Notes under the pieces: generated by a model
Seen by the model: only the letters and a program-made list of their open reading frames with translations
Told to the model about the DNA's origin: nothing
Databases searched by the model: none
Translations under genes and position numbers: made by a program
Virus record (IMG/VR): IMGVR_UViG_3300030606_000005
Strand: one strand, 5' to 3'
Origin: an uncultured virus (IMG/VR IMGVR_UViG_3300030606_000005)
Lineage: Duplodnaviria > Heunggongvirae > Uroviricota > Caudoviricetes
DNA: 64,000 bases
Shown: piece by piece, positions 47,680-56,698 of the stretch
How positions within the stretch are numbered: position 1 is the stretch's first letter
How the letters are laid out: each line of letters begins with the position of its first letter

Positions 47680-47894
47680 CGTACGACGTCTTCCTCATCG
47701 GCTTCCTCGGAGGCCTCGCCGCCCTCGTCGGCCTGATCTGTTTCGTCGCCCTCAGCGTCGCCGTCTGCGCGGTTGCCGCCCGCGCCGTCACCGCCATCGA
47801 GGCGGCCAAGGAACTGCGCCGTGCCCGCCGCCAGGACCTGACGACCTGCCGTGCCATCGAAGCGCTCGGCATCACCAACCACCCCAAGGAGTAA
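47676..47894 (+). CDS. Small membrane protein
   Basis: N-terminal TM. Confidence 0.6.
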   Translation: MTYDVFLIGFLGGLAALVGLICFVALSVAVCAVAARAVTAIEAAKELRRARRQDLTTCRAIEALGITNHPKE

Positions 47895-47896
47895 CC

Positions 47897-48064
47897 ATGT
47901 CCGACCAGCTCGCCCGCACCGGAACCGCCGCCGGAGCCATCGTCATCGGCACCACCGTCATCACCGGGTGGTGGCTTCTCGCCGCCGCCTTCACCCTCGT
48001 CGCCATCGGCGCCGTCTGCATCCGCGCCGGCTTCCGCCGAGGCCGTGGGGCAGGCCAGCGGTGA
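47897..48064 (+). CDS. 55-aa membrane peptide with LARTG motif
   Basis: AAGGAG RBS; LARTG, hydrophobic stretch, Arg-rich tail. Confidence 0.65.
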   Translation: MSDQLARTGTAAGAIVIGTTVITGWWLLAAAFTLVAIGAVCIRAGFRRGRGAGQR

Positions 48065-49575
48065 CCAGACACCTGACCGCGCACCCGCACCGCTCCGGCA
48101 TGGTCCTCACCGGCGCCATCGCCCTCACCCTCGCCGCCGGATGGGCAGCCCACCACGGCATCCAGGCCGCCCGATACGGCACCGACACCGGCAGCCGCCT
48201 CGCCGCCGTGTGGTCCGTGACGTTCCTGCTGCTCCTCACCCAGACACTCATGTACCACCTGGAGCGCACCCGTCGGCCTTCCCCACGGGCACGCCGCCAG
48301 CTCGACGCACTGCACGTCGCGGTGCTCATACCGGTCTACAACGAGGACCCCGGATATCTGCGGCTCGGCCTTCAGTCGATGCTCGCCCAGACCCGGCGCC
48401 CGGACTCGGTGCACGTCGTCGATGACGGGTCGACGAGCGGCGACTATGCCGCGGTGCGCGCCTGGTGGATCCGGGCGGCGGCCACGGCCGGGATCGCGAC
48501 GACGTGGCAGCGCACCGCGAACGCGGGCAAGCGGCACGCGCAGGCCGCAGCGGTCCGGGTCAGCCCGGACGCGGACGTCTACATCACGGTCGACTCCGAC
48601 TCCTGCCTCGATCCGAACGCGCTGGAAGAGATCCTGCTGCCGCTCGCCCGCGCCCGGGTGCAGTCCGTCGCAGGGATAGTCCTCGCGACGAACCACCGGA
48701 CCAACCTCCTCACCCGGATCACGGACCTGTGGTTCGTCACCGGGCAGCTCACCGACCGCTCCGCCCTCTCCGCGATGGGCAGCGTGCTGGTCAACTCCGG
48801 CCCGCTCGCCGCCTACCGGGCCCCGGTCGTACGCGACAACCTCGACAGCTATCTGAACGAGCGGTTCATGGGCAGGCCCGTGATGTTCTCCGACGACAGC
48901 CTGCTGACCCTGTACGCGCTGCTGCGCGGCCGGACCGTGCAGCAACCGTCCGCCGTGGTGTTCACCGCGCTGCCCGAGAAGACGTCCCACTTCCTGCGCA
49001 TGTACCTGCGCTGGATGCGCGGCTCCACCATCCGCTCCCTGTGGCGCATGCGCTACCTGCCCGTCACAGGGTGGGCGTACTGGGCTCACCTGCTCCGCTG
49101 GTTCCAAGTCGCCCTGTCCACCGCCGTGCTGGGCTGGCTGCTGGTCGTCGAGCCCGCCGTGTACGGGCGCACTCCGCCCGCGAGCTTCTTGATCGTGCCG
49201 TTCCTGATCGGCTGGGCGCAGGCCCTCCGCTACCTCGGCATCATCCGCAGCGACGAACGCATCCGCGCCCGGCTCGTCACCTGGCTGCTCATGCCGCTCG
49301 CCGTCGTCGGCTCATGGACCGTGCTCCGGGCGATGCGCTGGTACGGCATGGCGACCTGCGCCCGCACCGGCTGGGGCACCCGCCAGAACGGCGCCGAAGT
49401 CGCCCTGGACGCCCGGACGCCCGAGGACACGGCCGTGCCTCTGCCGGACGACGACACCGTCCGCATGCGCATCCCCGTCGCGAAGCTGCTCGACCCGGAC
49501 ACCGAGACCACCCTCACCCTGCCCATCCCACACCAGCGCACCGCCGCGCCTCAGCACGAAGGAAGCACCCGATGA
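48061..49575 (+). CDS. Processive GT2 glycosyltransferase (HasA/NodC-like)
   Basis: IPVYNED, DDGS, GKRHAQ, DSD, SDD, YLRW; N- and C-terminal TMs. Confidence 0.88.
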   Translation: MTRHLTAHPHRSGMVLTGAIALTLAAGWAAHHGIQAARYGTDTGSRLAAVWSVTFLLLLTQTLMYHLERTRRPSPRARRQLDALHVAVLIPVYNEDPGYLRLGLQSMLAQTRRPDSVHVVDDGSTSGDYAAVRAWWIRAAATAGIATTWQRTANAGKRHAQAAAVRVSPDADVYITVDSDSCLDPNALEEILLPLARARVQSVAGIVLATNHRTNLLTRITDLWFVTGQLTDRSALSAMGSVLVNSGPLAAYRAPVVRDNLDSYLNERFMGRPVMFSDDSLLTLYALLRGRTVQQPSAVVFTALPEKTSHFLRMYLRWMRGSTIRSLWRMRYLPVTGWAYWAHLLRWFQVALSTAVLGWLLVVEPAVYGRTPPASFLIVPFLIGWAQALRYLGIIRSDERIRARLVTWLLMPLAVVGSWTVLRAMRWYGMATCARTGWGTRQNGAEVALDARTPEDTAVPLPDDDTVRMRIPVAKLLDPDTETTLTLPIPHQRTAAPQHEGSTR

Positions 49576-50213
49576 TCCGCAACACTGAGAAGGACGCCAA
49601 TGATCCGGCCGGGGCGATGCTCATCCTGGCTGCGAGCATGGGTTCCGGCGGCACCGACCAGGTCATCGCCGAGCAGGAGCGCGCCGGGCAGGCGCAGCTC
49701 ATCAACTCCGACCGGCTGCCCGCAGACCTGAGCGGCGACGACCAAGCCGCCTTCGAGGCGCTCGGCTTCACCTTCGGCGAGCCCGACCCGGGCGACCCGC
49801 TGTTCCGCCCGGCCACGCTCCCCGAGGGATGGAAGCGCGAGGGGTCTGACCACGACATGTGGTCGTACGTCGTCGACCAGCTCGGCCGCCGCCGCGTCGC
49901 CGTCTTCTACAAGGCTGCCTTCTACGACCGGCGCGCGTTCATGCGGCTCAACACGCTGCATGGCTACGTCTCCGAGTGTGGCTACCACGACAGCCCGATC
50001 GTCACCGACGAGACATGGGCGACCCCGGCCGGCCTCGCCCAGGCCCTCCGCGACCTCGCCGCCGAGGCGCAGAAGAACGTCACCAGCTGGGAGCAGATCG
50101 CCGAGCGGGGCGGCGCGGACGACGACACCAGGAAGTACGTCGCCGAGTACACCGCCACCCGCGACAAGTACACCGCGCTCGCTGAGGGTTTCGAAGCGGT
50201 GGCCGAGGCATGA
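49572..50213 (+). CDS. Hypothetical protein
   Basis: DPLFRPATLPEGW, VFYKAAFYDRRA. Confidence 0.65.
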   Translation: MIRNTEKDANDPAGAMLILAASMGSGGTDQVIAEQERAGQAQLINSDRLPADLSGDDQAAFEALGFTFGEPDPGDPLFRPATLPEGWKREGSDHDMWSYVVDQLGRRRVAVFYKAAFYDRRAFMRLNTLHGYVSECGYHDSPIVTDETWATPAGLAQALRDLAAEAQKNVTSWEQIAERGGADDDTRKYVAEYTATRDKYTALAEGFEAVAEA

Positions 50214-51898
50214 GCGACAGCGCACACCCGGCCCTGGCCACGTTCCGGCTCTACCGCGAGCACGATGTCACCGGCATCTCCGGTGAGGGTGTCATCGCCG
50301 AGGGAGTCCAGTTCTCCGACGGCTGGGTCGTCACCCACTGGCTCGACCAGCCGCCGATGTGGGAGCCGAAGACCGATGTGTGGCACCACAAAGGCACCCA
50401 CCCCATCGCGAAGATCCACGGCCATGACGGGGCCACCCGCATCGTGTGGACCGATGAGTTCGTGTGTCCGGCCCAACTGCCGCCCGCACTCGTGGGCATC
50501 GTCCCCGGCGGCCCGTGCGTCGCGCGCGGGCCGCACACCGAGCACAAGACGGCTGATGGAACCGCCTTCACGGACATCGAGGACGCGACGGCGCCCGCGA
50601 AGACGTGCAGCGCGCAGTACACCGGGGTACTTCCGGTGGGCGAGTGCATCCGCGCCGCCGGGCACAGTCCTGCCACCGACCACACCGACGACCGTGGGCG
50701 CAACTTCGGGGGCAGGCTGTCCGAGTACCCCGCCACTGGCTCCCAGGCACCGCCGAATCAGGGCCCGTTGACGGGTATCGAGGTGCGCGACCCGTGCCCA
50801 TGGTGCGAGGACTGCCCGCTCATCCCGCTCACGCTCATGGACGACCACATACGCGAGCACCACCCCGAGGTACGTGAGGGCGGGCCCGGCATCCCGGTGC
50901 CCGACGCGGAGCCGGAGCCGGTTCGCTTCGTCCAGGTCGATGGTGTCCTCGCCGATGGTGGCGCCGACGCCGCCCGTGAAGCCCTGCGGCAGATGGACGC
51001 CGACCCGCACGGTCTCAAGGCGGGCATGGTCGTCAAGCCGTACACGGAGTACGGCCAGCAGAAGTGGGTGTTCCGCTGCTGGGGCACCGACACCTGCGAT
51101 GGGTTCCTCTCTCTCGACCACTACAGCCAGCTGTCAGCCGAGCGGGCGCGAGACCGGCACGCCGCAGAGGAGCACCCGGAGGCCACGGTCACTGTGCGGC
51201 TGGACAACTCGGCCGCCAAGTTCACCCCGCGTCCGGACGGTGGCATAGCGGAGGACGGCCTACGGCGGCGGTGCGAGCAACTGCATGCCCAGCTGGACGA
51301 CGCCGAGGCGGGCATCACGGAGGCCGTACGGCAGCGGAAAGCTGCGGAGGACCGCGCGCGCCGAGCCGAGGGCGAACGATCCGAGGCTGCCCAGCTCAGC
51401 CATCAGTACCGCAACGCCGCCGAGCGGGCCAAGCGGGATCACGACCAGCAGGCCACCGCCCTCGCCGACGCACAGCAGCTCATCAGCATGCTGGGGGACC
51501 TCATCGGCGCTGAGCGTCGCATTGTGATGACTGCCATGGGCCACCGCGAGGACCAGGGTGTACGCCGCGAGGCATGCGACGGCTGCGGGCGGGACCACAT
51601 GGCCGAGCTGGAAACGGTGATCGCGACGGCCGACAAGGCGTACGCCGTGGCGTTCCCACCCACCGCCGACGGGCCCGCGCGCCCCGGACGCCTGCCCGAC
51701 GGCGCCCGGCTCACCCCGCGTCAGCGCGCCTACGAGGCCACCAACGCCTACATCGAGAGTCTCGGCGACCGCCTGCCGTCGACCAGGTCAGCCCGCACCG
51801 CGCACATCTGGCAGGCCGTGAACACCGCCCTCGAAGCCGCCGGACACGCCGCCAACCCCGAGACCCTCTGCCGACTCCCGCACGAGATGGAGGTGTGA
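50210..51898 (+). CDS. Mosaic multi-domain hypothetical protein
   Basis: N-terminal DVTGISGEGVIAEGVQFSDG; several Cys/His motifs and a coiled coil. Confidence 0.6.
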   Translation: MSDSAHPALATFRLYREHDVTGISGEGVIAEGVQFSDGWVVTHWLDQPPMWEPKTDVWHHKGTHPIAKIHGHDGATRIVWTDEFVCPAQLPPALVGIVPGGPCVARGPHTEHKTADGTAFTDIEDATAPAKTCSAQYTGVLPVGECIRAAGHSPATDHTDDRGRNFGGRLSEYPATGSQAPPNQGPLTGIEVRDPCPWCEDCPLIPLTLMDDHIREHHPEVREGGPGIPVPDAEPEPVRFVQVDGVLADGGADAAREALRQMDADPHGLKAGMVVKPYTEYGQQKWVFRCWGTDTCDGFLSLDHYSQLSAERARDRHAAEEHPEATVTVRLDNSAAKFTPRPDGGIAEDGLRRRCEQLHAQLDDAEAGITEAVRQRKAAEDRARRAEGERSEAAQLSHQYRNAAERAKRDHDQQATALADAQQLISMLGDLIGAERRIVMTAMGHREDQGVRREACDGCGRDHMAELETVIATADKAYAVAFPPTADGPARPGRLPDGARLTPRQRAYEATNAYIESLGDRLPSTRSARTAHIWQAVNTALEAAGHAANPETLCRLPHEMEV

Positions 51899-51901
51899 GC
51901 C

Positions 51902-52057
51902 GTGATCTGCAAGCCATGCCGAGACGCCGCCGCTGGTGTGCCCGGCGCCCGCCACTGCGACGAGCCCGCCAACCCCGGCCGTGAGTCCTGGTCGTGCGCC
52001 TGCCAGCACCGGCCGCCCGTACGTCAGGCCGACGCCGACACCTCGAAGGAGTCCTGA
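51902..52057 (+). CDS. Small Cys-rich protein
   Basis: GGAGG RBS; ICKPC...CACQH. Confidence 0.5.
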   Translation: MICKPCRDAAAGVPGARHCDEPANPGRESWSCACQHRPPVRQADADTSKES

Positions 52058-52059
52058 CC

Positions 52060-52629
52060 GTGGCGAACACTCAGTGGAACGGCGAACCCTGTGCGGCGCG
52101 GCGCATCACCGCCATCGTCGCCGACAACGACGCCTTCCCCGGGTACTGGGCCCGTCACCTGGTCGGCACGCGCCGCGACGTCGTCGAAGTGACCTACGGC
52201 GGCAGCACCTTCTACCTCGACGACGAGGTGGGCGAAGGCTGGCACAAGGTCACTCACGGCGGATCACCGCGCTGGGCGCACAGCAACATCACCATCCAGC
52301 CGGACAGCATCCAGCCCCGTGGCGACCGCAAGGCCGACCCGGACATGCCCTGCCCGCACGAGAACTTCGACGCCTTCGTGGAAGTCAACCGGGTCACCGC
52401 GAGCGACAACGACCCGACGGCGGTCGGTTACCACGCCGACGCCAAGGTCAGCTGCTACGACTGCGGCGAGCCGTTCCGCTGGACCGGCGTGAAGGCCGGC
52501 ATGTCCCAGGGCCGTCCGATGTGCAGCGTCGACGAGACCGAGCTGCGCGCGCCCCTGCGCCCGGCGAGCGCGGACCCCGACTTCGGACTCGGACTGCCCG
52601 GCTTCTCCGTCCGGTACAGGGAGGGCTGA
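52060..52629 (+). CDS. Hypothetical protein (two domains)
   Basis: AAGGAG RBS; CPHENF, CYDCGEPF. Confidence 0.6.
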   Translation: MANTQWNGEPCAARRITAIVADNDAFPGYWARHLVGTRRDVVEVTYGGSTFYLDDEVGEGWHKVTHGGSPRWAHSNITIQPDSIQPRGDRKADPDMPCPHENFDAFVEVNRVTASDNDPTAVGYHADAKVSCYDCGEPFRWTGVKAGMSQGRPMCSVDETELRAPLRPASADPDFGLGLPGFSVRYREG

Positions 52630-53810
52630 TGGACCGCGTCAACCCGGTGGACGACCGCACGTTCACCACGCCCCTCATCAAGGGACTCCAGCGGCGGATC
52701 GACCTGCTCGCCGAGACGATCCCCGGCGACGACGCCTACCGGATCGCCGCAGCCTGGGTGTACACGACACTGCTGGTCGCGTGGTGCGAGGACCACGGCC
52801 TCATCGAGACCCGGCTGCGAGCCGGCGCACAGGACCGGCGCAAGGCGCACCTCGATGCGGGCGGGAGGATGCTCGGCTGGCTGGGCTGGTCGGCCGCCGC
52901 ACTCACCGTGCACCCCTCCACCGCGTGCCTGCTGGACCCCCGCTACAACCCGATCACGAAGGGCGCCCCCACCGAGCAGGCCGCCCGCGCGCTCGTCGAC
53001 TGGTGGACCGACGAAGCCCCCGACCTCGCCTACCCCACGGGCAAGGGGCCCGCGTCCATCACCGGCTGGCTGGCCGGAGACATGCTCCAACTCGTCACCG
53101 ACGAACGCCGCCTCGCCAACGCCCTGTGCCAGACCCCCTGGTGGATCGCCGACTTCCTCCTCGACCGCACCCTCGCCCCCGCCATCGGCGCCTTCCCCGG
53201 CCAGCTGCTGCGGGTCATCGACCCCGCCTGCGGCACCGGACACCTCCTCGTCTGGGCACTCATAGGCCTCTACCACTGGTACCGCAGCGACCGCCCCGGG
53301 CACCCCGCGATGGATCCCCGCCGGGCCATCAGGCGGGCATTGGCGGGACTGCACGGCGTGGAACTCGACCCGCTCACCGCCGCCGTCGCACGCCTGCGCC
53401 TCACCGTCACCGCCGGCGCCCTCCTCGCAGCAGACGGCGCACTCCCCACCCCGCTGCGCCTGCACCAGATCCCCGCCGGCCTGCGGCCCCGGGTCGCCAT
53501 CGGCAACGCGCTCCTCGCCGGACTCGACGACCCGTGCCCGCCCGGCACGATCCTCGACGACACCGCCGACTACCCCGGAATCCTCACCCGCGGCACCTAC
53601 CACGCCGTCGTCGCCAACCCCCCGTACATCACGGTCAAGGACCCGGCCGTGAGCAAGGCGATCAAGGCCGCCTACTTCGCGGCCCACGGCAAGTACAGCC
53701 TGTCGGTGCCCTTCGCCCAGCTCACCTTCGACCTCGCTATCCGTGGCGCCCCGGACGGAGAACCCCTCGCACCGCCAGAACAGCTCGGCCTGTTCGCCAC
53801 CCCGGCATGA
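52629..53810 (+). CDS. N6-adenine methyltransferase, truncated PglX (BREX-2)-like
   Basis: IDPACGTGHLL then ANPPYITVKD (gamma order); 393 aa. Confidence 0.85.
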   Translation: MDRVNPVDDRTFTTPLIKGLQRRIDLLAETIPGDDAYRIAAAWVYTTLLVAWCEDHGLIETRLRAGAQDRRKAHLDAGGRMLGWLGWSAAALTVHPSTACLLDPRYNPITKGAPTEQAARALVDWWTDEAPDLAYPTGKGPASITGWLAGDMLQLVTDERRLANALCQTPWWIADFLLDRTLAPAIGAFPGQLLRVIDPACGTGHLLVWALIGLYHWYRSDRPGHPAMDPRRAIRRALAGLHGVELDPLTAAVARLRLTVTAGALLAADGALPTPLRLHQIPAGLRPRVAIGNALLAGLDDPCPPGTILDDTADYPGILTRGTYHAVVANPPYITVKDPAVSKAIKAAYFAAHGKYSLSVPFAQLTFDLAIRGAPDGEPLAPPEQLGLFATPA

Positions 53811-53816
53811 CCGCCT

Positions 53817-53891
53817 GCCCGGGTGGCGGAACAGGCAGACGCAGCCGCCTTAAAAGCGGATCAGTTGCGGGTTCGAATCCCGTCCCGGGCA
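53817..53891 (+). tRNA. tRNA-Leu(UAA)-like, short variable loop
   Basis: GCCCGGG/CCCGGGC acceptor, Leu-type D-loop, CT-TAA-AA loop (TAA 53851-53853), GGTTCGAATCC, discriminator A. Confidence 0.82.
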
Positions 53892-53925
53892 CGTCAACCA
53901 GCCACGCACCAAGGAGTTCCAGCAC

Positions 53926-54189
53926 ATGCGCCGTATCAAGGCCGCGTCCGTCGAGCAGCTGCTTACCGGCAACGGTCACAAGCTCAGCGAGTTCTGGGAC
54001 GGCGACTGGGACCCCGGGTTCCGCGTCGCGCAGGGCGGCACCCGCGTCGTGTTCGTTTTCTACGACGGTCACGACGAGGCCGACCAGCTCGACGCCGTTA
54101 CGGCCGAGCTGCGCGGTGCTGGGTACCACGTGGTCGCCACGCATCAGGAAGGCGCCGGGCACCGGCGCCTGGAGGTGACCCGCCCATGA
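53926..54189 (+). CDS. Hypothetical protein
   Basis: AAGGAG RBS. Confidence 0.6.
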   Translation: MRRIKAASVEQLLTGNGHKLSEFWDGDWDPGFRVAQGGTRVVFVFYDGHDEADQLDAVTAELRGAGYHVVATHQEGAGHRRLEVTRP

Positions 54190-54407
54190 TCGCCGTTCGC
54201 CGCATCCTCAACCGGGCCATCGCGCACGCGGTGCTGCTCGGCCGCCACCACCGCACGGCCGTCGTCGGCGGCTACCACTGGCGCTACTGCTCCCACCGTT
54301 CCCATTGGCTCCGGCTGCCGTGCTGGCGCTGGTTCATCCACGACGGCTACTGCCACCACCACAACGAGACCTGCTGGCTCAACTGCCCGGAGCGCCCTCT
54401 TGACTAA
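54186..54407 (+). CDS. His/Cys/Trp-rich small protein
   Basis: ATGA overlap. Confidence 0.5.
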   Translation: MIAVRRILNRAIAHAVLLGRHHRTAVVGGYHWRYCSHRSHWLRLPCWRWFIHDGYCHHHNETCWLNCPERPLD

Positions 54408-54738
54408 GCCCACCCCGATCGACGAGCTACGTACGGCTGCCGCCCGCCTGCGCGACGACCGGAACTGCGACGGCCACCGCGTCGACTGCAACAGCCGCGA
54501 ACTGCTGGAGATGATCCGCGTCCTGCTGCGCGCCCGCGAACCGCTCGCCGAGTTCCTGGAGACCGAGGCCGGCGTCGCCGAGGACATTCAGCGGCAGAGC
54601 CCGGACCTCACCGCCGATCAGGTCGCCGCGTTCGTTCACGGCGCGCTCGGCACCGCCCGTGCCATCAACGCCGCCGCCGAGCCCGGCCCTGTGCGCGGCG
54701 GCGCCATCCTCGACCACCTCACCGGAGGAACGACCTGA
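54400..54738 (+). CDS. Hypothetical protein
   Basis: TPIDELRTAAARLR. Confidence 0.6.
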   Translation: MTKPTPIDELRTAAARLRDDRNCDGHRVDCNSRELLEMIRVLLRAREPLAEFLETEAGVAEDIQRQSPDLTADQVAAFVHGALGTARAINAAAEPGPVRGGAILDHLTGGTT

Positions 54739-55118
54739 TGCAGCCCGCCTTCACCCGCGGCTTCCGCCTGCACCACAACGGCCAGGTCCTCGACGGTGCC
54801 GAGTTTCCCTCCGGCCGCGCATTCGTGATCGACGACCCCGAGCACGGGCTCGCGTCCGCTGCGACGTCGGTGCAGCACCTCCTGGAGGGCTACCACGGCG
54901 CCCGCGTCGAATGGCCCGGCGACCAGCTCGTACCCACGGCGCTGCTGCTCGACCTGGTGAACATCGTCGCCAACGCCCGGCGGGACCGGCCCTTCCCCGA
55001 GGCCACGGCGCGCGCAGTCCTCGGCCAGCTCACGAAGTACCTGGGCTACGACGTCGCCGAACGCGCCGCCGAGCAGGAAGCCACCCGCGCCCTCGCACGA
55101 GGGGACACGCACCTGTGA
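54738..55118 (+). CDS. Hypothetical protein
   Basis: GGAGG RBS; DGAEFPSG. Confidence 0.6.
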   Translation: MQPAFTRGFRLHHNGQVLDGAEFPSGRAFVIDDPEHGLASAATSVQHLLEGYHGARVEWPGDQLVPTALLLDLVNIVANARRDRPFPEATARAVLGQLTKYLGYDVAERAAEQEATRALARGDTHL

Positions 55119-55534
55119 GGCCGGAGCTGCGCCGTCCTGGCGCCCGCTGGCGGCTGCTCGTGCACGAGTGGGCCGGACGCGTCTCCGGCCAGCGCGACGG
55201 CATGTACGGCGCCGCGCACAGCATCGCCAGCGACACCGCGTTCGGCGGCAAGGTCCCCGACGGCGAGCACTACAAGAACCACCTGTTCGAGAACACCGAG
55301 TTCGACGAACTGACGGTCGGCAGGTGGCTACACATCGAGCAGATGGACCACCGCGTGTGGTGGATGAACATCGCCGGGATCACCGTGCACGCCACCGTCG
55401 ACCGCGACGGCCGCCCGCTGCGCGTGTGGGTGTCCGGCCCCTACGACTACGACGAACCCGTGCCTGACTGCCGCTACGAGCTGACCTGGACCAACCCCGA
55501 GCAATACCCGAAGGAGCAAGCCGATGGACGCTGA
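55115..55534 (+). CDS. Hypothetical protein
   Basis: FDELTVGRWLHIEQMD. Confidence 0.6.
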   Translation: MRPELRRPGARWRLLVHEWAGRVSGQRDGMYGAAHSIASDTAFGGKVPDGEHYKNHLFENTEFDELTVGRWLHIEQMDHRVWWMNIAGITVHATVDRDGRPLRVWVSGPYDYDEPVPDCRYELTWTNPEQYPKEQADGR

Positions 55535-55778
55535 ACACCGCGTCGTCACGATCGACCGCCACGAGTGGGTACTGAAGAGCCCCGCCCACCACACCGAGAT
55601 CGGCAAGGCCGTCGACGCCGCCGAACTGGAACGCGCCACGCAGGCCTCCAAGGGCGTGCGTACCGGCGACGTCCACGTCCACGGCGACGACACCGAGTTG
55701 GTCATCTCATTCGAGGCCGAGCGGAAGAACTCCAAGCGGACGATCCGCGACCAGATCATCGAGGCCGACGATGCCTGA
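55524..55778 (+). CDS. Hypothetical protein
   Basis: AAGGAG RBS. Confidence 0.6.
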   Translation: MDAEHRVVTIDRHEWVLKSPAHHTEIGKAVDAAELERATQASKGVRTGDVHVHGDDTELVISFEAERKNSKRTIRDQIIEADDA

Positions 55779-56145
55779 GAAGCGCATCAGGACCGACACC
55801 ATCCGAGGACAATGCCCCGCGTGCGGGTGGGCGTCGCTCTTCGTCGGCGAGGGCGGCTACCTCACGTGCTCGCGGCTGGAATGCCCGCAGCCCGACACCG
55901 CGCACAGAATCCTCGCCGACCGCGAGACCGAGCACATCGTGCAGTTCGACGACGACGGCTTCACCGTCCGCCACCCGCTGCGCGAGCGCCTCGACGACGC
56001 GCTGATGCGATGCGACCTGCACCGGCACTGCGCCTCCCTGCCCGGCCCTCCGGATGCGCCCGGTCGGTACCGGACTGTCGAGCAAGACGGCGGCTGGCTG
56101 TTCCAACGGCTCGACGTGCAGGAGGCCGCCAGTGCAGACGATTGA
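55771..56145 (+). CDS. Zinc-binding hypothetical protein (DUF6085-like)
   Basis: GQCPACG..LFVGEGGYLTCS..CPQP. Confidence 0.6.
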   Translation: MPEKRIRTDTIRGQCPACGWASLFVGEGGYLTCSRLECPQPDTAHRILADRETEHIVQFDDDGFTVRHPLRERLDDALMRCDLHRHCASLPGPPDAPGRYRTVEQDGGWLFQRLDVQEAASADD

Positions 56146-56698
56146 CGACCTCGTCCGGGACCTGCTCGATTGTTGGACCGGCGACGAGCAGCATCCCGGC
56201 GACGGCGGCCCCGGCCTCATCACCAGACTCGACAGCCTCGCCCTGCGTACCCGGCAGCCGCCCGCCGGCGGGCACGCCCCGCCCGGCAGCCGCCCGCCCG
56301 CCTCGCTGGACGCCGTGCACTGGTCGACGGCGATCAAGGCTCAGGCGCGCATCCTCGACATGGAGCTGCGCGGCTCCAGCCACATGCAGCAGTGGGACCG
56401 CGCCCTCCGCGCGATCCCGCCAGGCGCCGAGGCCGCGGGCCGCGTCGCTGAGGTCGCATCCACCGTCGGCCGCTGGCACTCCAGCTGCCGCACCGCGCTC
56501 GGACTCCAGGAGCCGGCCCGGCACTACCGGCACGTGCTCTGTCTGGTGTGCGGCCAGCGCACCGTGTACGGCCGCGCCGACGGCGACCGCCCGCGCGCCT
56601 GGTGCATCAACGACGTCTGCACCGACGAGGACACCGGGCAGCCCGCCCGGTACGAGGGCGACCGCCTGTACCTGCTCACGGAGAACCGGGCCTCATGA
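56132..56698 (+). CDS. Hypothetical protein with C-terminal zinc ribbon
   Basis: PGSRPPASLDAV, CLVCG, CINDVC. Confidence 0.6.
   Translation: MQTIDDLVRDLLDCWTGDEQHPGDGGPGLITRLDSLALRTRQPPAGGHAPPGSRPPASLDAVHWSTAIKAQARILDMELRGSSHMQQWDRALRAIPPGAEAAGRVAEVASTVGRWHSSCRTALGLQEPARHYRHVLCLVCGQRTVYGRADGDRPRAWCINDVCTDEDTGQPARYEGDRLYLLTENRAS

Noticed and set aside
53823..54185. ORF-track N-terminal extension running through the tRNA-Leu(UAA)
   Set aside because: It overlaps a well-formed cloverleaf and gene 53926..54189; the real start is probably ATG 54186
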